DNA from: Acidilobaceae archaeon | Lineage (GTDB): Archaea > Thermoproteota > Thermoprotei_A > Sulfolobales > Acidilobaceae | Length of the DNA: 30,838 bases | Assembly: GCA_027013765.1 (NCBI GenBank) | Contig: JALWGG010000186.1 | Coordinates: 1-30,838, forward strand | Direction: 5' to 3' | Part shown: positions 10,637 through 19,223 of the stretch, in pieces | Layout: each line of letters begins with the position of its first letter | Numbering within the stretch: the stretch's first letter is position 1 | The notes under the pieces: generated by a model | The model's input: only the letters and a program-made list of their open reading frames with translations | The model's database searches: none | What the model was told of the DNA's origin: nothing | Program-made: the position numbers and the translations under genes

Positions 10637-10708
10637 GTTAAATCCTTAAGTACCCCCTAGATAATCCACATTACAAACGACGAGCCTGGAATCTAGGGTG
10701 AAGCATGT

Positions 10709-13700
10709 ATGAGTAGAAGTCGCATAGGAAAGGCAACACTATCACTCATCCTAGTGCTACTCATGATACTACCAGTGCTGGCACCACTAGCACCAGTAAC
10801 CATGGCAACCGACAGGACGAAGAACATATACATACAGCCAGACAACATAGCAGTAGTCCCAGGCCAGGACGTAATATTCTTCGTCTCAAGCGACACAGAC
10901 GCCTTCTACGCGGAGGAGAGGATGTTCTACCAGATAAAGGATGTAACAGGACTTAACTATTGGAGGACATTCATAGGAATCCTAGGATACGCAGGAGACA
11001 CATTTGGAATACTAACCAGCGATGCCAACGGTAAGATCGAGAACGCTCCACTATTCCTAGACTGGGTGACCACGCAGAACCTGAACCCAGCAGAGTCCCC
11101 ATACATCCTAAGGGTGACCGACTACCAGGACAGGACCAGGGAGTTCATTGAGGAGCCGTTCGAGGTAGTTGACATAGGGTCAGTGCCAAGGCTATACATA
11201 GGAGACACAACATACAACGCCAGCCAAGTGGTCAACCCAAGAACACTAACCCTCAACATACCACTCATGGCCAAGGCCTCCCCAAGCGACCCTGTCGAGA
11301 TCTACCTAGAAGGATTCCCGGCAGAAGCATCAACAGCGGCAGTATACTTCGACTCATTCGACACTCCACTAGGCAGCATAACCCTTGAGGAGGGCCAGGG
11401 CAGCGGAGAGGTAACCATACCAGAGGCTGCCATGGGAGTCCATGCACTGATCGCCGTAGCCTCGGCTGCAATAGGAACTGAGGTCTACAGCTTCGTCGCG
11501 ATCAACTTCATCTACGTGGTTCCAACAGTAGTCCCCAGCACCTACGTGATCGAGGGTGTAGTTGACGAGGAATTCACAATAGAGCTACACGGCTACCCAG
11601 CAGGATTCCATCTAGATGATGTAAACGCAAGGATCATAAGCAGGGTGGTAGCAACACCCTACACAGTATACCTGGACATAATGAATGAGGATGCAGTAGT
11701 TGTAGGGCCAGACGGCACAGCTACAATAACAGTTGCACTAGAAAGCACAATACCATGGGACAGGAAGGGACCACTAGACCTAGTACTACCAGTAGATGGA
11801 GCAGTGCCAGAGTCATACTTCACATTCCCATTCCTAATGGTGGCATCAACCCCGGCAATACCAGGTGACGAGGGAGTAGTAATAGCGGGAGCAGACTACT
11901 ATGGAGACCGCGGCGAAGTAGAGACAACAGTAGGTAGCCCACTCAAGATAATAGCATTCAACTTCCCAGCAACCAGCACACTAACAGTATACGTAGGATT
12001 CAAGCAGCTACCAGTATCAATACCGACAGACGATAAGGGAGGCGCAGTAGTAACATTAGTAGTCCCAGAGATCCCCTACGGCACCTACCTCTTCAAGGTT
12101 GTAGACGAGGCCACAGGCCTAATGGCTTTCAAGCCAACCCCGAACCCATCATCAAGCCCATACCCATGGACCATAAAGATCGTGCCAGACTTCGCAGCAG
12201 CACCAGTTGAGGAGACAGGAAAGATCATATGGGAGGTCAGGGGGGTAGGCGTATTCCTAGACCCCGGAGTGACGATCAGGATAAAGATAACAGGCCTAAA
12301 GCCCTTCGAGAACGTGGTGATATGCGAGAAGGAGGGAACAACAACAATAGCCAGGTATGACGATGTATACGCAGATGCCAACGGCGTCGTCGAGACAAGC
12401 ATACAGACGTCGCCCGACGTGACGCCAGACCCCACTGTGGTTGTAAGCGTGATGGTAAGGTCGGGCAGCATACTATCTACATATGGCTCCTCGCAGACAA
12501 TATTCGAGTACCACCCAACGGGACTAAGCACCCTGACGATCACCGACATGATCTCAGATGCATACCTACACACAACACCTAGAATATGGGTATCAGTACA
12601 GCCAGGAGGCGCATTCAACATAACAGTAACGAACCTAATACCAGGAATACCATACAAGCTATACCTAGACGATGCCGAGGCAGACCTGAGGGACGGAGCG
12701 GGCAGGATAGTTCCTGTCTTGAAGTCCAAGAACCTTGCTGACACATTCGAGTACACAGTAGTAATCCCCGACGGCACAGCATACGGGCTACACAAGATAG
12801 TGCTAAAGGAGCTACTAACAGGTTCTACAAGGTCCACAGCATACCCGTTAATAGTCTCTGACCCAGCAGCAACCACAGAGCCAGGCATAGACTCATTCAC
12901 AGGCTCATACACAGTCGTGTCAGGACCAGACTTCGGCCTCTGCATAATAGGATGGAACTTCGTCTACAACGAGGACCTAACATTCATATTCGCAGGCCAG
13001 CTAGCAGACCTACGCGTAACCGATAGGAACGGTGCATTCATGGCAAACCTGGGAAGCCCCGCACTATTCGGAACAATGGAGCTGCCTAGGGGCAGCTACG
13101 TGTTGTCGGTGATGAGGGGTGAGGATGCACCAGCACCAGAGCCACTAACCCTAGAGGTAGTCCCATACCTATACACGCCGAGCCCAGACAGTATAACCCC
13201 GGTATACGCCTTCGAGAGCCAGTCAATATTCGCAACGGGTCTAGACAGCGGTGCATACTACTATGTGACATGGAGCACTAGCGAGGACGAGGCTGGAGAG
13301 CCCCTAACACCTCCAGTGGGTACAACAACTTTAGGTACACTAGATACAAGTATAACAATACCCGCGGTACTGCCAGGCTACTACTACATACACGTAGTGC
13401 CATACCAGAACCCATCAGAGATAATACTGACTGCGGAGGTCAAGGTGCTGGGAGTAGCTGGAGACGGCTGGTCAGCTAGCATAAGCGACGTAGTACTAAT
13501 ACCCGGCCAGCAGGTGACGGTAACCATAAGCGACTTCTCAGCCTTCCTAGGAGTGACGCCAACAGAGCTGATAATGCTAAAGGGCAAGGGCTTCGTGAAG
13601 CTAGAGACCCTGGACGGCGACGTTGCAAGGATAATACCAGCGGGCCTAGTATATGACACTGGATCAGACGTCATGCAGCTCACATTCAACGTGCCAAACG

Positions 13701-14968
13701 ACTTCGACACACTGGCAGACCAGCTATTCAAGGTATACGCCAAGGTAGTATACATGGACGAGGACCTAACAATATATGAGACCGACTTCAAGCTAGTAGC
13801 ACTAACCCAGAGGATAGCGAGCGGAGGCCTACTAGTAGGCCTAGGAGCAGGTGCTGCGGACATACTAACAACGCTAGGGAAGATACAGGTAAGCCTTGAG
13901 AAGCTCAACGCCACGCTAGTAGAGGTAAGCGACGGAGTAATGACCCTGCAGACAAGCATTGGCGAGGTCCAGGGCAACCTAACACTACTACGCACACTAC
14001 TAGAGAACGCGACAGTAAAGATAGACGGCGTGATGGCTGCAATAGAGAGTGCAAACGCAACCATACACGCCAAGCTAGACGCCCTAATGAGCCTAATAGG
14101 CGGAGGCCAGGTCAACCTGAGCGGCATAGAGCAGGGCATAGCTGAGATAAAGACGATGCTAGGCGACGTGAAGATGGGTGTAGACGACCTGAAGATGCTA
14201 CTAGCAACAGTAGGAGACAACGTAGAAATACTAATGGCAGACATAGGCAGTGTGAACACGACACTAGCAGACCTAATAGTTAAGAAGGGAGACGAGGTAG
14301 TGGCAACCCTGAAGGTAGACCTAAGCCAGCTAGGAGCAAGCATAGCAGACGTCAAGGACGGAGTAGCACTGGTAAACACCAACCTAGGCCAGTTCTACAT
14401 GAACCTGAGCAACGGCCAGGCAGCAATAACAGGCTTAATACAGCAGAACGGGGAGACCCTTGTACAGATCAATAACGCAATAACCGCTAAGGCAAGCCAG
14501 ATAGTAGACCTGATAGAGAACGGGGTCAGGGCAGACCTGTCAAAGCTATCAAGCGACATGGCAGCAGGCTTCAGCAACCTAGCATCAACAGTGGATAAGA
14601 AGGTCTCAGACGCAAAGGACGCAATACTAGCAAGCGTATCAGACGTAAGGTCAGCAGTATCAGATGTAGACGTCAAAGTACAGACTGTAGGCGCAGACGT
14701 GGCTAAGGTCAAAGACGAGGCCACAGCAATAAAGAGTGACCTGTCAGACGTGAAGAGCATGCTGTCAGACGTAAAGGCAAAGGTAGACGAGCTACCAACA
14801 AAGGTAGACCAGTCAGTATCACAGTCAACTGAGGGCGTAAAGACAGACCTATCAACAAAGATAGATGAGGCCACAGGCAGCCTAAAGACCTGGGGCATAG
14901 TAAACCTAATACTAATACTAGTAGCAGTAGCACTACTAGGCTACCAGCTATTCGTCAGGAAGCCTTAA
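10709..14968 (+). CDS. S-layer (glyco)protein, tetrabrachion-like: beta-rich canopy, coiled-coil stalk and C-terminal membrane anchor
   Basis: Signal peptide, then about 1000 aa rich in beta structure and Pro/Val/Thr. The last ~370 aa contain GxAxIxTxLG-type repeats, hendecad and heptad patterns and many NxT/S sequons, ending in NLILILVAVALLGYQLFVRKP. GGGTGA SD. Adjacent to a STABLE-like subtilase. Confidence 0.85.
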   Translation: MSRSRIGKATLSLILVLLMILPVLAPLAPVTMATDRTKNIYIQPDNIAVVPGQDVIFFVSSDTDAFYAEERMFYQIKDVTGLNYWRTFIGILGYAGDTFGILTSDANGKIENAPLFLDWVTTQNLNPAESPYILRVTDYQDRTREFIEEPFEVVDIGSVPRLYIGDTTYNASQVVNPRTLTLNIPLMAKASPSDPVEIYLEGFPAEASTAAVYFDSFDTPLGSITLEEGQGSGEVTIPEAAMGVHALIAVASAAIGTEVYSFVAINFIYVVPTVVPSTYVIEGVVDEEFTIELHGYPAGFHLDDVNARIISRVVATPYTVYLDIMNEDAVVVGPDGTATITVALESTIPWDRKGPLDLVLPVDGAVPESYFTFPFLMVASTPAIPGDEGVVIAGADYYGDRGEVETTVGSPLKIIAFNFPATSTLTVYVGFKQLPVSIPTDDKGGAVVTLVVPEIPYGTYLFKVVDEATGLMAFKPTPNPSSSPYPWTIKIVPDFAAAPVEETGKIIWEVRGVGVFLDPGVTIRIKITGLKPFENVVICEKEGTTTIARYDDVYADANGVVETSIQTSPDVTPDPTVVVSVMVRSGSILSTYGSSQTIFEYHPTGLSTLTITDMISDAYLHTTPRIWVSVQPGGAFNITVTNLIPGIPYKLYLDDAEADLRDGAGRIVPVLKSKNLADTFEYTVVIPDGTAYGLHKIVLKELLTGSTRSTAYPLIVSDPAATTEPGIDSFTGSYTVVSGPDFGLCIIGWNFVYNEDLTFIFAGQLADLRVTDRNGAFMANLGSPALFGTMELPRGSYVLSVMRGEDAPAPEPLTLEVVPYLYTPSPDSITPVYAFESQSIFATGLDSGAYYYVTWSTSEDEAGEPLTPPVGTTTLGTLDTSITIPAVLPGYYYIHVVPYQNPSEIILTAEVKVLGVAGDGWSASISDVVLIPGQQVTVTISDFSAFLGVTPTELIMLKGKGFVKLETLDGDVARIIPAGLVYDTGSDVMQLTFNVPNDFDTLADQLFKVYAKVVYMDEDLTIYETDFKLVALTQRIASGGLLVGLGAGAADILTTLGKIQVSLEKLNATLVEVSDGVMTLQTSIGEVQGNLTLLRTLLENATVKIDGVMAAIESANATIHAKLDALMSLIGGGQVNLSGIEQGIAEIKTMLGDVKMGVDDLKMLLATVGDNVEILMADIGSVNTTLADLIVKKGDEVVATLKVDLSQLGASIADVKDGVALVNTNLGQFYMNLSNGQAAITGLIQQNGETLVQINNAITAKASQIVDLIENGVRADLSKLSSDMAAGFSNLASTVDKKVSDAKDAILASVSDVRSAVSDVDVKVQTVGADVAKVKDEATAIKSDLSDVKSMLSDVKAKVDELPTKVDQSVSQSTEGVKTDLSTKIDEATGSLKTWGIVNLILILVAVALLGYQLFVRKP

Positions 14969-15000
14969 ACACGCTTGAATCCCATTTAAACCCGGAAACC

Positions 15001-15010
15001 CTCTCTTTTT
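15001..15010 (+). terminator. Oligo-T terminator after the S-layer gene
   Basis: CTCTCTTTTT pyrimidine/T tract about 35 nt after the stop codon, the typical archaeal terminator form. Confidence 0.55.
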
Positions 15011-15133
15011 ATCCTAAACTTCTTGACTCTAATCCTCCTAAACTATCTAAACCTAACGCTTCCTAGCCTAATTGCACCCATAATATTTCATTAATCTACC
15101 TACCAGGTTTTCCACCCACTACATAGCGGAATA

Positions 15134-15140
15134 TTTATAA
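15134..15140 (+). promoter_or_regulatory. TATA box of the subtilase gene
   Basis: TTTATAA about 40 nt upstream of TTG 15180. GTGAAGGGTG SD at 15163-15172. Confidence 0.55.
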
Positions 15141-15179
15141 TGTGGACACCCGATATATCAAGAGTGAAGGGTGTCCTAG

Positions 15180-18100
15180 TTGAGAAGTGGAGTAGCAGTA
15201 TTATTCATACTACTAATGCTCTTACCCCTAGCATCGCCAGTCGCATCAACGGATAGCGACTCTAGCAGGAGATTCCTTGCATATGTGGACCCGAGGCTGC
15301 TAGCCGACGACATCTACAAAACCTCTCCATCATCAATGATAACATCAAAAATCCTAGATTCAAAGGCTAAGGTAGATACCCCAGGCGAGGAGGTATTAAA
15401 GCCTAGGATGGGTGAGGTCAAGATAATCATAATAGCACACTCAGGCATAGACCCCGAAGCTCTAGACGAGGTGGCGGATATAATATTCGGGTTCAGGCTA
15501 GGTAATATCGCAATATACAGTGCATGGGCCTCGAAAGATTCAGTCACAAGGCTTGCATCAATGCCGGGAGTAATAGCGGTAACCCTCTACACCCCACCCC
15601 TAGACGGGATCCTAGCCGTGAAGGAGGCGACGAAGCTCAAGGCGGTGGAGCCCGAGCCTAGCATATACAAGGCCGTAGACGTTATCGGGGCCAGCAGGGT
15701 ATGGGAGGAGTACAACGTTACTGGTGAAGGAGTGCGTGTCGGGGTGGTAGACAGCGGGGTAGACTTCGGAGTATCAGACCTGGGCTCTGAGGCTATAGCA
15801 AGGGAGGACGGTGTACCACTACTAATAGACTCCGACGAGATAGGGTTAACCCTAACCCTTGCAACAGCAAACGTAAGCGGGGAATACATCACAATAGGAG
15901 GCGAGGTCTACTACTGGGACTGGTACACATTCGAGATCGGGAAGACAAGCGAGGGATGGCTATTCTACGTCTCCCCCACAGGCAACTCAGTACTATTCTC
16001 ATTCAACCTATCAAAGTTCCATATAGGGAATATAACCAGCGGGGCCCCAATAAAATTCGGTATATCAGTACAGACACAACTGATAGCCTATGGAGGATTG
16101 GGCGTGATACAGTACACACTACCAGTTATACTAGTAGATGCAAATAATGACGGATTATATGACACTGTATACGCTGACACATCGACAATCTACTACCTAC
16201 TACTGGAGGCACTAAACATAACGGGGATGCAGGAGATAGAACCAAACGAGGACTGGTATGACCTAAGCTTCGCCGACGAGAAGCCCGTAACCTATGGGGA
16301 CGAGGTAGTGGCCAGGGACTTCAATGGAGACGGGGAGAACGACTTCAGCGGGGGAGCACTGGCAGGATACCTGTATGACTGGATAGGCATACTCACAGGA
16401 ACAGGCATCAACCCGCTGGGATGGGATGCAGGATTCGACCTAGCAGGAATGATACTCCCTGGAATGGATGTGCAAGGAGGAAACTACGTAGCATTTGTAT
16501 ATGACTTCCTGGGCCATGGAACGAGCGTGGCATCAGTAATAGCTGGAAGGGGCAAATCAGTCATAGACCTAGGATACACGCAACAGAGGCTAAAGGGAAT
16601 AGCGCCGGGGGCAAAGCTCGCGGCTAATACCGGGTTAATTAATCCATACGTCTCGCAACTATTCTTCTCAGGCCTGGACCAGAAGGGATACCCGTGGGAG
16701 TGGGAGTACACGGGCAAGCACAAGGTAGACATAATCAGCAACAGTTGGGGTATAAGCTATATAGGGATAATAGGCTTCATGAGCACAATGGACCCGTTCA
16801 GCATGCTAGAGGACTTCATAGTATCAAACACCGGGACAATAGTAGTACATGCAATGGGCAACGGAGGCCCCGGCTACGGGACAGCGACACTCCCAGGAGC
16901 ATCGGCCCAGGTAATCTCTGTCGGAGCATCAACACTATTCGACTACAGGCCCCTCTACGGCTACCTGCCAGGAGCCTGGGGCGAGGTTGTCAGCTGGAGT
17001 GACAGGGGGCCAACAGGCATCGGGCTCGTGAAGCCAGATGTAGTAAATATAGGCTCGTTCGCATGGGCCAGGGCCCCGGTACTAGTAGGCCTAGGAGACG
17101 GGAGTCAGGCGTATGACCTGTTCGGGGGGACAAGTGAGGCAACCCCCATGACCAGCGGATCGGTAGCCCTACTCCTAGAAGCCCTCTCTAGAGTAATGGA
17201 TGGGAAGCCGGAGCCTGGAATGGTTAAAGCTATACTAAAGAGCACCGCGGCAGATCTAGGATATGACCCCTACACCCAGGGCTCGGGACATGTAGACATC
17301 TACAAGGCGGTTAAAGCGGTGCTTGAAGGAGGCATACCAGTACTATACACCTATGACACATTCAACAATGTATACAGTAATGCAGAGGGCAACTTCAAAT
17401 ACCTACCAGTAGGAGGCTCGCTAAAGCCAAACCCAGACACACAGGTATATCCTGGCGTTATGAGGCCTGGAGAATCAAGGGAGGTCCTCCTCAACGCGAC
17501 CACGCTAGGGGGAGAGGCGCCGCTTAGCCTAAAGGCCGTGACAATGGTGCAGGAGTCTGAACCCTTAACCAAATACCTAAAACTAGACATGGGAGTAGTC
17601 ATTATAGGGGGCAACGTAACACCCTTATCAACGATCCTGAAGAACGTGACAGATGAAGGTATAACACTACAGCTAAACAATGTAACGGCCAGGATACTAA
17701 TACCCATAGACCCACAGGCGTTCCAGGACTCAGACCTAGTAGAGATAGTCGCCAGGTATGCCTATGACTACCAGGACCCGCTGGGGAGGATGGGAACATA
17801 CGCGCCATACCTATACACCGGGGTAGAGCTCCACTGCTGGTTCGACCTTAACGGTGACGGAGTCATAACACTAAACGAGACTGCACGAGTAAACTATGAC
17901 ATTAGGCTTGCAAACGTATTCCACGTGACTGTAGGGAAGCCCATGGAGAAGTTCGCCTTAATAGCGGAGAGGGTTGCAAACTATACCGGAGTCGATGTAT
18001 CCAATATAACGAGGATGCCAGTACTAGATATCAGAGTCATATTCAACGCATACCCGCTACTGGGAGTCCCGCTAAACCTTGACATGGCGCTGGAGGTCAG

Positions 18101-19106
18101 GAAGAACGTCGAGGTGGAGTGGAACTGGATCACGGTCCCAAGCACAGCCACGGTTGATAGCAGTGGGACAACCATAGTTGTGGGTGTGAGTGTTCCAGAG
18201 GACGCAAAGCCAGGACTATACCAGGGCTACATAAAGGTTGACTACGGCTCAGGAGTAGCCCTAGTCCCAGTCTCAATACCCGTAGCAGCAGTGGTATCCA
18301 GCAATACATCCTCCCTAACCCTGAGCGGAGAGGATGAGAATACCCCATACAAGAACTACCTCGTAGAGGGTCAATTCGACTGGACTTGGAGGTATGAGAG
18401 TGGAGACTGGAGGTCGATACCCGTCATAATAGATGATCCCTCAATAGTAGGCTTCCACGTAATGGTGAAGTGGGTCGGCGAGAACACGAATATAGACGTC
18501 ATGGTGGCAGGCGAGGGAAGGCAACTCCTAACACTAGGCCTATTCGGGCTAGGCCCCAGCGACTCGTTCTACGGAGCGGTGGTAGCTGGCAAGCTATCCC
18601 TGCCACTAAGCGGTGGATGGTTCACCCACTATGACAGGCCGTATGAGAGGTATGCATCGATAGTGGCCCCAGTATCCGCTGGGGCACCCTACTGGATAGT
18701 ACTCCATAACACACTGATAGACGCATCATCAGTGTACCCAGAGCCGTATAAGGTGATACTAGTCCCGATAAGGGCAAGCCCGACCAGTATAACTGTCGGG
18801 AAGGGTAGTGTGGAGCATGTAACCATAACAGTCTCAGGCTCATACGCCATGGCGGGGGCATACATCAAGGCCAGTATTGTAAGCGGTAACGCAACTATAG
18901 TGCCTGAAACCGGTAGAGCAGGATTCAGTAGCAAGCTTGAGATACCGCTAACTGTGGAGGCGAACACCAGCGCGGAGGCAAGGATCATACTAGTCTCGAC
19001 AATGTCGGTATCCTACACGGTTGGCCTCACCCTAGGAGGCTCAAAGATCGCCGTGTTCGAGGCCCCAGCATATCTGGTTATACCACTTGAAATAGAGGCC
19101 AGCTAG
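15180..19106 (+). CDS. S8 subtilisin-like surface-layer-associated protease (STABLE-like)
   Basis: Signal peptide, I9-like prodomain, catalytic triad D191 (VVDSG), H446 (GHGT) and S652 (GGTSEATP), oxyanion N561 (AMGNG). About 220-aa insert between Asp and His, three Dx[DN]xDG motifs, and a long C-terminal extension. Confidence 0.95.
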   Translation: MRSGVAVLFILLMLLPLASPVASTDSDSSRRFLAYVDPRLLADDIYKTSPSSMITSKILDSKAKVDTPGEEVLKPRMGEVKIIIIAHSGIDPEALDEVADIIFGFRLGNIAIYSAWASKDSVTRLASMPGVIAVTLYTPPLDGILAVKEATKLKAVEPEPSIYKAVDVIGASRVWEEYNVTGEGVRVGVVDSGVDFGVSDLGSEAIAREDGVPLLIDSDEIGLTLTLATANVSGEYITIGGEVYYWDWYTFEIGKTSEGWLFYVSPTGNSVLFSFNLSKFHIGNITSGAPIKFGISVQTQLIAYGGLGVIQYTLPVILVDANNDGLYDTVYADTSTIYYLLLEALNITGMQEIEPNEDWYDLSFADEKPVTYGDEVVARDFNGDGENDFSGGALAGYLYDWIGILTGTGINPLGWDAGFDLAGMILPGMDVQGGNYVAFVYDFLGHGTSVASVIAGRGKSVIDLGYTQQRLKGIAPGAKLAANTGLINPYVSQLFFSGLDQKGYPWEWEYTGKHKVDIISNSWGISYIGIIGFMSTMDPFSMLEDFIVSNTGTIVVHAMGNGGPGYGTATLPGASAQVISVGASTLFDYRPLYGYLPGAWGEVVSWSDRGPTGIGLVKPDVVNIGSFAWARAPVLVGLGDGSQAYDLFGGTSEATPMTSGSVALLLEALSRVMDGKPEPGMVKAILKSTAADLGYDPYTQGSGHVDIYKAVKAVLEGGIPVLYTYDTFNNVYSNAEGNFKYLPVGGSLKPNPDTQVYPGVMRPGESREVLLNATTLGGEAPLSLKAVTMVQESEPLTKYLKLDMGVVIIGGNVTPLSTILKNVTDEGITLQLNNVTARILIPIDPQAFQDSDLVEIVARYAYDYQDPLGRMGTYAPYLYTGVELHCWFDLNGDGVITLNETARVNYDIRLANVFHVTVGKPMEKFALIAERVANYTGVDVSNITRMPVLDIRVIFNAYPLLGVPLNLDMALEVRKNVEVEWNWITVPSTATVDSSGTTIVVGVSVPEDAKPGLYQGYIKVDYGSGVALVPVSIPVAAVVSSNTSSLTLSGEDENTPYKNYLVEGQFDWTWRYESGDWRSIPVIIDDPSIVGFHVMVKWVGENTNIDVMVAGEGRQLLTLGLFGLGPSDSFYGAVVAGKLSLPLSGGWFTHYDRPYERYASIVAPVSAGAPYWIVLHNTLIDASSVYPEPYKVILVPIRASPTSITVGKGSVEHVTITVSGSYAMAGAYIKASIVSGNATIVPETGRAGFSSKLEIPLTVEANTSAEARIILVSTMSVSYTVGLTLGGSKIAVFEAPAYLVIPLEIEAS

Positions 19107-19114
19107 CCTAAACT

Positions 19115-19143
19115 AATTTTTTACTTTATATAATACTATTTTT
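19115..19143 (+). terminator. Oligo-T terminator tracts after the protease gene
   Basis: T6 at 19117-19122 and a second T-run at about 19138-19143, immediately after the stop codon. Confidence 0.55.
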
Positions 19144-19169
19144 ATCTGTTCGCATATGGTGTTCTAAAG

Positions 19170-19205
19170 TATAGCTATAATAGTCAGGCGGATAATGGTA
19201 TCTGC
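19170..19205 (+). promoter_or_regulatory. Candidate operator palindromes upstream of the RHH-PIN gene
   Basis: Perfect TATAGCTATA (19170-19179) and near-perfect GCGGATA-atgg-TATCTGC (19188-19205), 20-55 nt upstream of the ATG. Confidence 0.4.
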
Positions 19206-19223
19206 TAGGGGACTAGGCGGGGC

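Noticed and set aside
10705-10716. Mini-ORF ATG TAT GAG TAG overlapping the S-layer start
   Set aside because: SD spacing (GGGTGA 10696-10701) fits ATG 10709, and nothing suggests a regulatory uORF.
12085-14933. Long minus-strand ORFs opposite the S-layer gene (12085-12945, 13384-14382, 14395-14898 and others)
   Set aside because: Shadow ORFs. The strong codon bias of the sense gene leaves antisense frames with few stop codons, and the translations are Ser/Thr/Pro-rich with no recognisable motifs. The same applies to shadows over ppsA, MoxR and the CoxE-like gene.
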